32,000 bases of DNA. Origin: an uncultured Candidatus Nitrosopumilus sp. GTDB lineage: Archaea; Thermoproteota; Nitrososphaeria; Nitrososphaerales; Nitrosopumilaceae. The stretch's first letter is position 1, and the number at the start of each line of letters is the position of its first letter. The position numbers and the translations under genes were made by a program. The notes beneath the pieces were generated by a model. It did not search any database. It had not been told where the DNA came from and saw only the letters and a program-made list of their open reading frames with translations. Shown one piece after another: positions 8,658-16,575 of this stretch. Where the stretch lies: positions 1,185,620 through 1,217,619 of the forward strand of contig OX638319.1 in NCBI GenBank assembly GCA_951812655.1, written 5' to 3'.

Positions 8658-9512
8658 GTGAATATTAAAAATGGAAAACTGTCTGAAGTGATTTCAAATC
8701 CTATCACTGTTGGTCCAAACATGACTCTCATCAAGACAAGAGAAATCATATTGAAAAACAAAATAAAACGTGTGATAGTTGTAGATAAAACAAAACCTAT
8801 TGGAGTAATTACAGAAAAAGATATTGCAAAAAAAATTTATGAATTGGGCACAAAACCAATTAAATCCGTCAAAGCTGTAGACTTCAAACCAAAAATACTC
8901 TTTACTTTAACTCGAGATAATTCTGTTCAAGAATGTGCAAAACTCATGAGAAGACATAGAATTAACTCCGTGATAATACTAAACAAGAATAATTCGTTAG
9001 ATGGAGTTGTAACAAAAACTAATCTGGTATCTTCTTTTCTTATTGGGAATGTCTCATCAGTCAAAGTTTCAAAACTCATGAAAAAAAAACTTATTACAAT
9101 TGCTCCAAGTGATCCTATACTGTATGCGGAGAGTCTGCTTTTAAAATACGGTATATCCAGAATCATCGTAAAGCGGAATCGAATCCCTGTAGGTATGATA
9201 ACTTTCAGGGATTTTGTGCCTGCCAAAATACCTCAATGGATTGCGGAATCTGCTGATCCTAAGGATGTTCAGGAATACAAATTCAAAGAAGGATTGAAGG
9301 AAAACCATTCAAATCAACTGAGTTATCTGTTTCCGTTTCATGCTACGGACATAATGTCCACCAAATTGATAACCGTTGAAGCAGATGATGATGTAGAGGT
9401 TGCCATTACCAGTATGATAAAACATAATGTTAGCGGACTTCCAGTGCTCAAAAACTCCAAATTGGTTGGCATCATAACAAAATCCGATATTGTAAACAGT
9501 CTTGCTGAATGA
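8658..9512 (+). CDS. four-CBS-domain protein
   Basis: Four CBS repeats (...GVITEKDI, ...GVVTKTNL, ...GMITFRDF, ...GIITKSDI). Same architecture as the 3498-4448 protein. Confidence 0.85.
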   Translation: MNIKNGKLSEVISNPITVGPNMTLIKTREIILKNKIKRVIVVDKTKPIGVITEKDIAKKIYELGTKPIKSVKAVDFKPKILFTLTRDNSVQECAKLMRRHRINSVIILNKNNSLDGVVTKTNLVSSFLIGNVSSVKVSKLMKKKLITIAPSDPILYAESLLLKYGISRIIVKRNRIPVGMITFRDFVPAKIPQWIAESADPKDVQEYKFKEGLKENHSNQLSYLFPFHATDIMSTKLITVEADDDVEVAITSMIKHNVSGLPVLKNSKLVGIITKSDIVNSLAE

Positions 9513-9514
9513 TT

Positions 9515-9946
9515 CTACTTGACAATTAACAATGAGCAAGCAGAAGTCTGAGCAAGCTTGTTTGAAACACTTCCCAGAATAACTCTGGATACTGTTCCCA
9601 GTCCTTTGCTTCCGACAACTATAAGATCACATTTTTCTGTCTTGACTGTTTTTTCAATCTCCGAAACAATGTTCCCTTCCTTTAGTACCGTCTTTGCATC
9701 GAAACTTTTTTCTAAAACTATCTTATTGGCTTTTTTCAACGTGCTTGTTCCAAACTTACGAAGCAGTTCCAGGTATTCGTTACGATCTAGAATGTTCAAC
9801 GTGGGGGATTTTTCTACAACATACAGCAAAATAATTTTGGCATCCAATGCTTCTGCCATTTCACATGCGCGCCGTAATGCTTTTTCAGAAAACCTTGAGC
9901 CGTCAACTGGAACGAGAATTTTTTTAAAACTGTATTTTTTGTTCAT
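9515..9946 (-). CDS. universal stress protein (UspA family)
   Basis: KILVPVDGS...VVGSKGLGTVSRVILGSVSNKLAQTSACSLLIVK. Overlaps the upstream Usp gene by 4 nt (9943-9946). Confidence 0.9.
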   Translation of the reverse strand: MNKKYSFKKILVPVDGSRFSEKALRRACEMAEALDAKIILLYVVEKSPTLNILDRNEYLELLRKFGTSTLKKANKIVLEKSFDAKTVLKEGNIVSEIEKTVKTEKCDLIVVGSKGLGTVSRVILGSVSNKLAQTSACSLLIVK

Positions 9947-10374
9947 TTCACGATCAATACAGGTTTCTTGGATTTATGTAATACGTAGTTTGAAACACTT
10001 CCCAAGAACATCTCTTTTGCAGAGCCTCTTCCGCGTGCGCCAATCACTACAAGATCAATGGCGTTTCTTGCATTGTTTGCAAATCTTGCTATGTCGTATC
10101 CAGGATCTCCCGCAAGTGATTTTGCGGTCAGATGAATCCCTTTCTTTGCAGCTCTGACTTTTGCATTGTCCAGTAATTTTTTTACCTCTGTCATGGAGTT
10201 AAAATCCAAGAATCCCAACGGATGGATGGCATAAATTCCGGGCACGGACTTCACCGATAATGCTGTTATTGTTCCATGAGATTGTCGTGCGATGTGGATG
10301 GCCATGTCCAGTCCTCGAATCGAATTTTTTGAACCGTCTAGCGGTACTAGTATTTTTTTAGTTTTGATGGCCAT
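9943..10374 (-). CDS. universal stress protein (UspA family)
   Basis: KILVPLDGS...VIGARGRGSAKEMFLGSVSNYVLHKSKKPVLIVK. Confidence 0.9.
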   Translation of the reverse strand: MAIKTKKILVPLDGSKNSIRGLDMAIHIARQSHGTITALSVKSVPGIYAIHPLGFLDFNSMTEVKKLLDNAKVRAAKKGIHLTAKSLAGDPGYDIARFANNARNAIDLVVIGARGRGSAKEMFLGSVSNYVLHKSKKPVLIVK

Positions 10375-10426
10375 ATTTTCTGTTGTGTGTGTTTGCAGTT
10401 TAAGGGCTGCCTTGATTCTCTTGATT

Positions 10427-10434
10427 GATTTTCA
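10427..10434 (+). promoter_or_regulatory. GATTTTCA element (motif A) in divergent Usp/CBS control region
   Basis: GATTGATTTTCAAG. Proximal edge is 52 nt before ATG 10486 and the site is 53 nt from the divergent Usp ATG 10374. TATA AATATAAT is at 10459-10466. Confidence 0.35.
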
Positions 10435-10485
10435 AGAGTGAAAATTCATAATTTACCTAATATAATTGAAAATTGAACCTTTCGT

Positions 10486-10919
10486 ATGAATAGTACATTT
10501 GTGAATGATGTGATGAATAAAAATGTGGCAACGGTTGACAAATCATCGTCACTGCAACAAGCTGCAGCTAGTATGAAAAACTCAAACATTGGCTGTGTGA
10601 TTGTTGCTGATAACAATGAGCCTGTGGGAATAATCACTGAAAGGGATTTTGTGGATATTGCCGCAGACGGAATACCTTTGTTTACCGATGTCAACGAAGT
10701 GATGTCCTCACCATTGATCACAATTGATTTTGAAGAAACAGTTTGGGAAGCCTCTGAAATAATGAAAAAAAAGGAATTCATAAACTTCCTGTTTCCAGAA
10801 ATGAGAATATCGTTGGAATAGACACGACTACTGATATTGTAAGAATTTCTAGCCTGGGATCTGATTCGGAAATGCGCAGAATTTGTGATCAAATTATTTT
10901 AAGAATGCAAAACAAGTAA
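10486..10919 (+). pseudogene. CBS-pair protein interrupted by a frameshift in an A8 homopolymer
   Basis: The frame from 10486 encodes CBS1 and the start of CBS2 up to EIMKKK (A-run 10765-10772), then stops at 10821. The frame starting at 10773 continues as GIHKLPVSRNENIVGIDTTTDIVRISS... to TAA 10917-10919, a normal CBS2 end. Confidence 0.75.
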
Positions 10920-10948
10920 TGGAAATTCATTAAATCATATGAAGAAAG

Positions 10949-11059
10949 TTAGTCTATTCTATCGCGTAATTGATGACAATCACACAGACAACCTTTAGAA
11001 CATCTCCTTCTCTTGCAATCCGAACATGTCTTCCTGTTCCAATATGGGGCTGTATTCAT
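10949..11059 (-). CDS. 36-aa Cys-rich peptide (candidate metal-binding)
   Basis: Hand translation gives MNTAPYWNRKTCSDCKRRRCSKGCLCDCHQLRDRID (6 Cys, 1 His). Its ATG lies 1 nt after the stop of the upstream 73-aa ORF. Below the ORF-track cutoff. Confidence 0.35.
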   Translation of the reverse strand: MNTAPYWNRKTCSDCKRRRCSKGCLCDCHQLRDRID

Positions 11060-11060
11060 T

Positions 11061-11282
11061 CTAGTACCTGTGTGTAACTTTAAATGTCCTTTTTTTAATC
11101 TGAATCAAAATTCTCAATAAAAAGAAAATCCAAATACTTGTCAAAATAACATATTTGATATTCTCGTTAGGCTCCTCAGAAATATCCTCTTGAGGTGGCT
11201 GTTCGACCTGATCAAATGGCTGTACATATGCAATTCCAAGAACTAACGGTATTGTTATCAGAAATATTATCGGTAGTGCCAT
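11061..11282 (-). CDS. small two-TM membrane protein (73 aa)
   Basis: Two hydrophobic helices flank an acidic loop (QPPQEDISEEPNE). It starts 7 nt downstream of the CBS gene. Confidence 0.5.
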   Translation of the reverse strand: MALPIIFLITIPLVLGIAYVQPFDQVEQPPQEDISEEPNENIKYVILTSIWIFFLLRILIQIKKRTFKVTHRY

Positions 11283-11289
11283 GTCTTTT

Positions 11290-11751
11290 TTAATTATATG
11301 GGCTGTAATCTGAAAAAATTTTAACTACTGAATGAAAGTACATGTCCCTCACGTCATCTTCTACACACACTGATAACAAATTGACAATGTCCCTTGCTGT
11401 GATGATTCCTACTACCTTTTGGTCCTCAATGACTGGCAATTTCATGATTCCACGATCATGCATCAGATCCGATGCGGTTCTTACAGATTCGTCTGAATTT
11501 ATTGAAAATAACGGGGTGGACATTATTTGTTTTACCTGTGAAGTTATTTGATAGGCATGAGCTGCAACTTTTACTGCAAAATCTCTATCCGTGACAATAC
11601 CCATGGGTATGTTGTCTTCCATTACGATCAACGCACCTACCTTTGCATCTTCCATCATTTTTGCAGATTCATTTATTGTCATTGCCGAATCCACTGAAAC
11701 TACTGACTTGTTCATAACATCTGAAATTGTCATTGTTTTGGCCTTTTTCAT
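11290..11751 (-). CDS. CBS-pair protein
   Basis: Two CBS repeats (...GIVTDRDF, ...GIITARDI). Confidence 0.85.
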   Translation of the reverse strand: MKKAKTMTISDVMNKSVVSVDSAMTINESAKMMEDAKVGALIVMEDNIPMGIVTDRDFAVKVAAHAYQITSQVKQIMSTPLFSINSDESVRTASDLMHDRGIMKLPVIEDQKVVGIITARDIVNLLSVCVEDDVRDMYFHSVVKIFSDYSPYN

Positions 11752-11806
11752 CTTACGTTTGTTATGCTCCTCACTAATATTTTATCTTCATTCAGAATAT
11801 CAGAGA

Positions 11807-11814
11807 TGAAAATC
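11807..11814 (-). promoter_or_regulatory. GATTTTCA element (motif A) in divergent CBS/Usp control region
   Basis: Gene direction reads ATTTGATTTTCATC. Proximal edge is 56 nt before ATG 11751 and the site is 54 nt from the divergent Usp GTG 11868. Confidence 0.35.
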
Positions 11815-11867
11815 AAATAAGGAAATCTAAACTGTGTTTAAATTAAAAAAAAAATCTGTTATTTCTT

Positions 11868-12293
11868 GTGGTTATTAAAATCAAAAAAATTCTTGTTCCT
11901 TTAGATGGGTCTCCTAACTCGTTTAGAGGATTAGATGCTGCAATTCAAATGGCACGAGAATCACATGCCACGATTACTGGTCTTTATGTGTTGGGGATAG
12001 TCAAACCTCAAATGAATGAACAGATAACTCCACTTGAGAAAATGTTTTTAGAACGTGCGCAAAGCATCATGAAAAAAGCTAAATCCAGGGCAGCGCAAAA
12101 GGGGATTTTATTTCTTGACAGAATATCTTATGGGGATGACGGAAAAAGGATCGTAGATATTGCCAAAAGAAAAAATTTTGATCTAATTGTAATTGGAACT
12201 AGAGGTATGGGTTCAGCAAAAGAGTTATTCCTGGGAAGTACATCAAGTTATGTTATTCACAAATCAAAGAAACCTGTATTAATTGTTAAGTAA
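11868..12293 (+). CDS. universal stress protein (UspA family)
   Basis: KILVPLDGS...VIGTRGMGSAKELFLGSTSSYVIHKSKKPVLIVK. GTG start, with TTTAAATT 23 nt upstream. Confidence 0.9.
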   Translation: MVIKIKKILVPLDGSPNSFRGLDAAIQMARESHATITGLYVLGIVKPQMNEQITPLEKMFLERAQSIMKKAKSRAAQKGILFLDRISYGDDGKRIVDIAKRKNFDLIVIGTRGMGSAKELFLGSTSSYVIHKSKKPVLIVK

Positions 12294-12659
12294 TTTAATT
12301 GAACACACATTTAGAACTGAATCATCTAAAGCAATTTTTAAAATTATTGAGAAATCTTTTGTAAAAACATGATCAAGATGCGATAGTTAAGACCAAAATA
12401 AAAATTTGATGTTAGTGTCTTTGAGAATTTCATATGCATTTTGTCATTACAAAATCTGTATGGTACTTTCATGTTCAATTCTGTTTGAAACATGATAGTT
12501 ACGTGACTGGCCAAATAGCTGTACGTTTTGAAATGTGTGTCGTGAATTTGTTAGAAAATAAATGACAACCTCGACATGTTTTATTTTCAATAATGTCTCT
12601 TTTTTAATTTTAGATTTTAATGGCTCCTGTCTTGTTATGTGATGTGCCTGTTTTTTTCA

Positions 12660-13603
12660 TCATCCATAGTAATATGATGATAACATTACAGCTGGAACGA
12701 TGAGAAACAGTAGCATCAATTCGTAATAAACCGTCATTCTTTGGGCTGGTTTTATGTGATAAGTCTCATGAGTAGTTTTTTCAGGATTGTCATAAACCGC
12801 CGCTGTAAAGTCTACTTATCTTTGTTGTTCATTTTCAATATCTCCAAACACAGATACGCTTTCTTCAGCTAAGATCGAGGGTGAATGAATTCCCTCTATT
12901 CTAATTATGATTGAACCAGAATCTGTGAAAATATAATCTTTATAGTCTCCACCAATTTGACTTTGTCCATTATCTCGAAACACTTCTAGTCCATTTTGAA
13001 ATATCACGATACCCTATTTCATGTCTGCAGGATTAGAATTTGTTTGTGGATTATAGAACTGATATATGAATTGAACTTTTTCGTGAGTTTTGATAACTTG
13101 GGGATCCCATGCCAAATTAACTTCAATATTTTGATCTGGGGTATACTGCAACAAAGGAAATTCTATTTTTATGCCGGTCGCATCATGTGGGTAGTCCGGA
13201 ATTTATTTTTCAACTATCACGATTCCCTCCATCCATGGATGAATTGTGCAAAAATAAGAGTAAGTTCAAGGTTTTTCAAACGTATATGACCATGATTCAC
13301 CAGGCATGAATTTTCCGCTATCAAAAACCCCATCATGAGTTCCAAAATCCTTGTTATCCATCCATCCGAATCTTCCTGGGCTGTCTCCACTTGTTGTGGT
13401 GTGATCTTCTCTATCATCATTATACCATGTGATGGTGTCGCCAGATATGATCGTAATTACAGAGGGATCATACCATACTTCTGCGGGATTATTTAATTCA
13501 GGATTGTAGCTCCAAACGGAATGTCTACTATGTATTCTTCTGCATATATTGTAGACGTTGAGATAAAAAAAATCAGTAATGAAAATAGAATTAAAAAATT
13601 CAC
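12660..13603 (-). pseudogene. decayed plastocyanin-like blue-copper protein (signal peptide, cupredoxin domain, second domain, C-terminal TM)
   Basis: Hand translation gives signal peptide (GTG 13603) MNFLILFSLLIFFISTSTIYA, then a frameshift near 13508-13512. One frame then reads ...EDHTTTSGD...FDSGKFMPGESWSYTFEKP*TYSYFCTIHPWMEGIVIVEK*...ADMK*GIVIF...ENEQQR*...TM helix...**. In-frame stops are TGA 13266-13268, TAA 13203-13205, TAG 13014-13016 and TAA 12816-12818. The type-1 Cu ligands H...C-x2-H-x2-M are recognisable. Confidence 0.75.
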
Positions 13604-13635
13604 ATTTTCAATATGTAAATTTATTAATTAAATCC

Positions 13636-13657
13636 TCAAGGCTAATTTCACATCTGA
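13636..13657 (+). repeat. direct repeat copy A upstream of wHTH gene
   Basis: TCAAGGCTAATTTCACATCTGA; matches 13783-13804 apart from two 1-nt indels. Confidence 0.6.
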
Positions 13658-13782
13658 TTATTGGAACTCATCTGATATGATGAATATGTAAAAAAGAAAT
13701 TGTGGTATGTGTACATTTGTATCTCTACATAATGTGGAAGAAATAAACTGATTTGGATTTACAAAAACATTCTACTATTTAT

Positions 13783-13804
13783 TCAAGCTAATTTCCACAT
13801 CTGA
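13783..13804 (+). repeat. direct repeat copy B upstream of wHTH gene
   Basis: TCAAGCTAATTTCCACATCTGA, ending 49 nt before ORF start 13853. Confidence 0.6.
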
Positions 13805-13852
13805 AAGCTTTTCGTGGAAATTGTCACTGGAAGTTAAATTCAGTTGTAACAT

Positions 13853-14191
13853 GTGATATTCATGCAAATGTTAAAGCAAACTTTTAGAATTGAAGAAACA
13901 GAAAAACAGGATAACCTGCTTGAAATATTGTCTGACAAGTACTGCAGAGACATTATTGGTTCGATCACTCATAAACCAAAATCTGTAATAGAAATTACAG
14001 AGGAGACAAAAATACCCATGAGTACGGTATATCGTAGAATTCAAACACTTCATGACAATAAGTTGCTTGCAACATCGGGTACAATCACAGAGGATGGAAA
14101 AAGACTATTTCTTTACAAAAGTAAAGTCAAAGGAATTCAGAGTGTATTTAACAATGGCGTAACAGAGGTCGGGTTAATTCTTAACGACTAG
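13853..14191 (+). CDS. ArsR-like winged helix-turn-helix transcription regulator
   Basis: LLEILSDKYCRDIIGSI...KSVIEITEETKIPMSTVYRRIQTLHDNKLL has the HTH-plus-wing pattern of small archaeal ArsR/HTH_20-type regulators. Start is 13853, 13862 or 13868. Confidence 0.7.
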   Translation: MIFMQMLKQTFRIEETEKQDNLLEILSDKYCRDIIGSITHKPKSVIEITEETKIPMSTVYRRIQTLHDNKLLATSGTITEDGKRLFLYKSKVKGIQSVFNNGVTEVGLILND

Positions 14192-14546
14192 TTTTTTCTA
14201 ATCTGAATATGAGTGAGAATTTATTACTTTATATGCATAATAATTAATAAAATTCAAAAACAATTCACATCTTATTTGTGTTCAATCTGAAAACTCTGAC
14301 GATCATTAAATCTCATTGTAATGGTGTTTTTGTGAAGTTTTATACCAATGTCATCTTTGCTCTTCTTTCAGTTTGTACAGTAAACATGAATCATTTTTTA
14401 CTATTTGCCACAATCGAATCATTTTGATTTTATGATATGAGGTGCAATGATGAATGAGAAGATTGTAAGTCTGTATAGTGAAAATCATCACAAAAATAAA
14501 TCATTTTTTAGCTTTGCACAATGTTCAAATTATTATGTTTAATATT

Positions 14547-16202
14547 TCATTCAACACATGCATTGGTGTAGAATATTTCATTATTTTCTAAATCAAATAT
14601 CATTTTGTTATTTTCTATGATGAGTGATTTTTTTGTAATGTCGTTTTTTATAAATACTGTGGAATCTGCTCTTATGCTGTTCATTCCTAAAAATTCAATC
14701 TCCATTTCATTAACCTTGTTTAGCTCATTCACTTTGTTCTCAAAAGATAATCTGTTGTATTGTTCATTGTGAATCAGGTTTGCAATTGCGAAAACTTGAT
14801 CACGTTTGTTATCTATTGAACTGCCTTCCCAAATGTGCTTTTTCAAAGTATTGATGTCCACATAGTCCCTAGATATTTCGTCAGATGAAATTTGTGAAAG
14901 AACATATCTGATTGCCTCATTTTTAATGTCTGGAATCATGTTCCATAATGCCACATCATAGCAATTACTACTTTGTTCTTTAGCAACTATCAAAGTCTGT
15001 CCATTATTTCTGTCTATGAAAACACTCTCTCTGTTTCCAATTTTGTCAAACATCTTGTGGACATAATACGTGGGCTTTATCTCTCCTTTTTGAGTTATGA
15101 GGCCATATCCTGAAAATCCTTCCACGTCAGGATGAAAGTCCTCTAAACAACAGAATGTTTGAATGTCGATGCCTGCCTGATACAACCCCATAAAATTCTC
15201 TGCCATGATGACCGAGGCATAAGGCGTGTTGCGTGCAGATTCAAGCGCGTTCCATTCTGAAACATAAAATTCCGGCATTGGATTGAAATTCGACTGCTTC
15301 AATTCATTTTCAATCGTTGTCTTGGCTTCCAGTATTCTTTCTGGATTAATTGAGAAATGATGCCAGGATACAAAATCAAGTGGAATGTCATTTGATGATG
15401 CATGTCTAATTAGTTCAACGATAAGGCTTTCTCGATCCTCGTCGAGTTTTGTATTCCATTGGTTGGTTGCTGGACCTCCTATATTTGCATCTGGATCATT
15501 TTCCTTGATTGTGAGTGCTGTTTCTTCGTACATTTTGAGAAATTCATCCGTTCCTTCTTGCCAATAGAATTCCGGCTCATTCCATATCTCATAGTAAATT
15601 TCTACGTCCTCAAACTGATTAAAGAATAAGACTGATTCTTTGATTATCTCATTCCATTTTTTATAATCTCCTGGACTGTAATAAGATGAATATGACCACT
15701 GTTCGTCAAACATACTCAAGTCGTCTGAACTGCTTAACCAACTTGGTGTGATGTCTATCTGAACAATAAATCTGTCATGTGTCTTTGTCAGGAATGCTAA
15801 ATACTCTTTTTTCTTTTGCAGTTCCTGAGTAAACGAGTTAACGTCTTTTGATTCATGAACTGCCCAGGAAAAAATAGAAAACAGTCTAATTGTGGAATGA
15901 TCATCAAAATCACTTATCCACATTTTATAATGTTCAGTACGAGGATTGAAAAAAATCGAGGATTTGAAAAATTCAATATTTTCTTTATTGAAATCTGATG
16001 AATCTATTTTGATTTCTATGTGTTCCGTCTCGATTGCTGCCGTCTCCGTCTCGATTGCTGCCGTCTCCGTCTCGATTGCTGCCGTCTCCGTCTCGATTGC
16101 TGCCGTCTCCTGTTCTTCTTTAGAATTATTTGTCAACGATAACGATGCTGCTATGGTCAACAGTACAATCATGATGATGATAACTGATTTCTTCTTCTTC
16201 AA
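14547..16202 (-). CDS. membrane-anchored clan GH-A glycoside hydrolase (GH39/GH5-like)
   Basis: N-terminal signal anchor (VIIIMIVLLTIAASLSL), then an (ETAAIET)x4 linker. The TIM-barrel domain has the acid/base motif YYEIWNEPEFYW, SWHHF, the nucleophile motif FYVSEWN and a late YGLITQKGEIKPTYY. Confidence 0.7.
   Translation of the reverse strand: MKKKKSVIIIMIVLLTIAASLSLTNNSKEEQETAAIETETAAIETETAAIETETAAIETEHIEIKIDSSDFNKENIEFFKSSIFFNPRTEHYKMWISDFDDHSTIRLFSIFSWAVHESKDVNSFTQELQKKKEYLAFLTKTHDRFIVQIDITPSWLSSSDDLSMFDEQWSYSSYYSPGDYKKWNEIIKESVLFFNQFEDVEIYYEIWNEPEFYWQEGTDEFLKMYEETALTIKENDPDANIGGPATNQWNTKLDEDRESLIVELIRHASSNDIPLDFVSWHHFSINPERILEAKTTIENELKQSNFNPMPEFYVSEWNALESARNTPYASVIMAENFMGLYQAGIDIQTFCCLEDFHPDVEGFSGYGLITQKGEIKPTYYVHKMFDKIGNRESVFIDRNNGQTLIVAKEQSSNCYDVALWNMIPDIKNEAIRYVLSQISSDEISRDYVDINTLKKHIWEGSSIDNKRDQVFAIANLIHNEQYNRLSFENKVNELNKVNEMEIEFLGMNSIRADSTVFIKNDITKKSLIIENNKMIFDLENNEIFYTNACVE
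16025..16108. repeat. perfect 21-bp tandem repeat x4 inside the hydrolase gene
   Basis: CCGTCTCGATTGCTGCCGTCT is repeated four times without mismatch. It is in frame and encodes ETAAIET x4 on the minus strand. Confidence 0.95.
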
Positions 16203-16510
16203 TTTGAAATTGATTCATTTTAGATTTTTATAACCGTTTCATGAGCAAATGAATTTTTTGCATAACATAATTGCAAACTTTGTTGTCTGATTGGATGCTC
16301 TTGGTAATGCTAGAGATATTCCAAATTAAACTAAAACCTTTGACACGTATGCTGTTTAACTGATTTAGTTCGTTGACCTGCTGATTCTATTAAAATAGAA
16401 TTAATCTGATGACTGCCAGGCAGATTTGAGCTTAAAATCAACGATTGTTTTTTGATCGCTTGTATTGATTAGCGTTTTTATTGTGAAAAGTATTGTAAAA
16501 TCTTGTTGAT

Positions 16511-16526
16511 TACTGAAATTTCAGTA
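16511..16526. promoter_or_regulatory. perfect 16-bp palindrome upstream of purF
   Basis: TACTGAAATTTCAGTA is its own reverse complement. It ends 50 nt before TTG 16576 and about 21 nt upstream of the weak TATA ATGAATAT (16548-16555). Confidence 0.4.
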
Positions 16527-16575
16527 TCTCATTTGCAATTTGTATTCATGAATATCGTAGGAGTGAAAATCTAAG

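Noticed and set aside
9558-10157. 199-aa plus-strand ORF
   Set aside because: It lies entirely antisense to two well-supported Usp genes (9515-9946, 9943-10374). The sequence is low-complexity Ser/Leu/Phe-rich, typical of a shadow ORF.
10446-10892. 148-aa minus-strand ORF
   Set aside because: It is antisense to the CBS-pair gene, whose domain motifs are clear on the plus strand.
13266-13268. In-frame TGA at a conserved Gly as possible selenocysteine or programmed readthrough
   Set aside because: The same frame also contains TAA (twice), TAG and a frameshift, so simple gene decay explains it.
16025-16108. Regular 21-bp repeats as a possible CRISPR array
   Set aside because: The units are contiguous with no spacers, are in frame within a long ORF (ETAAIET x4), and no cas genes are present.
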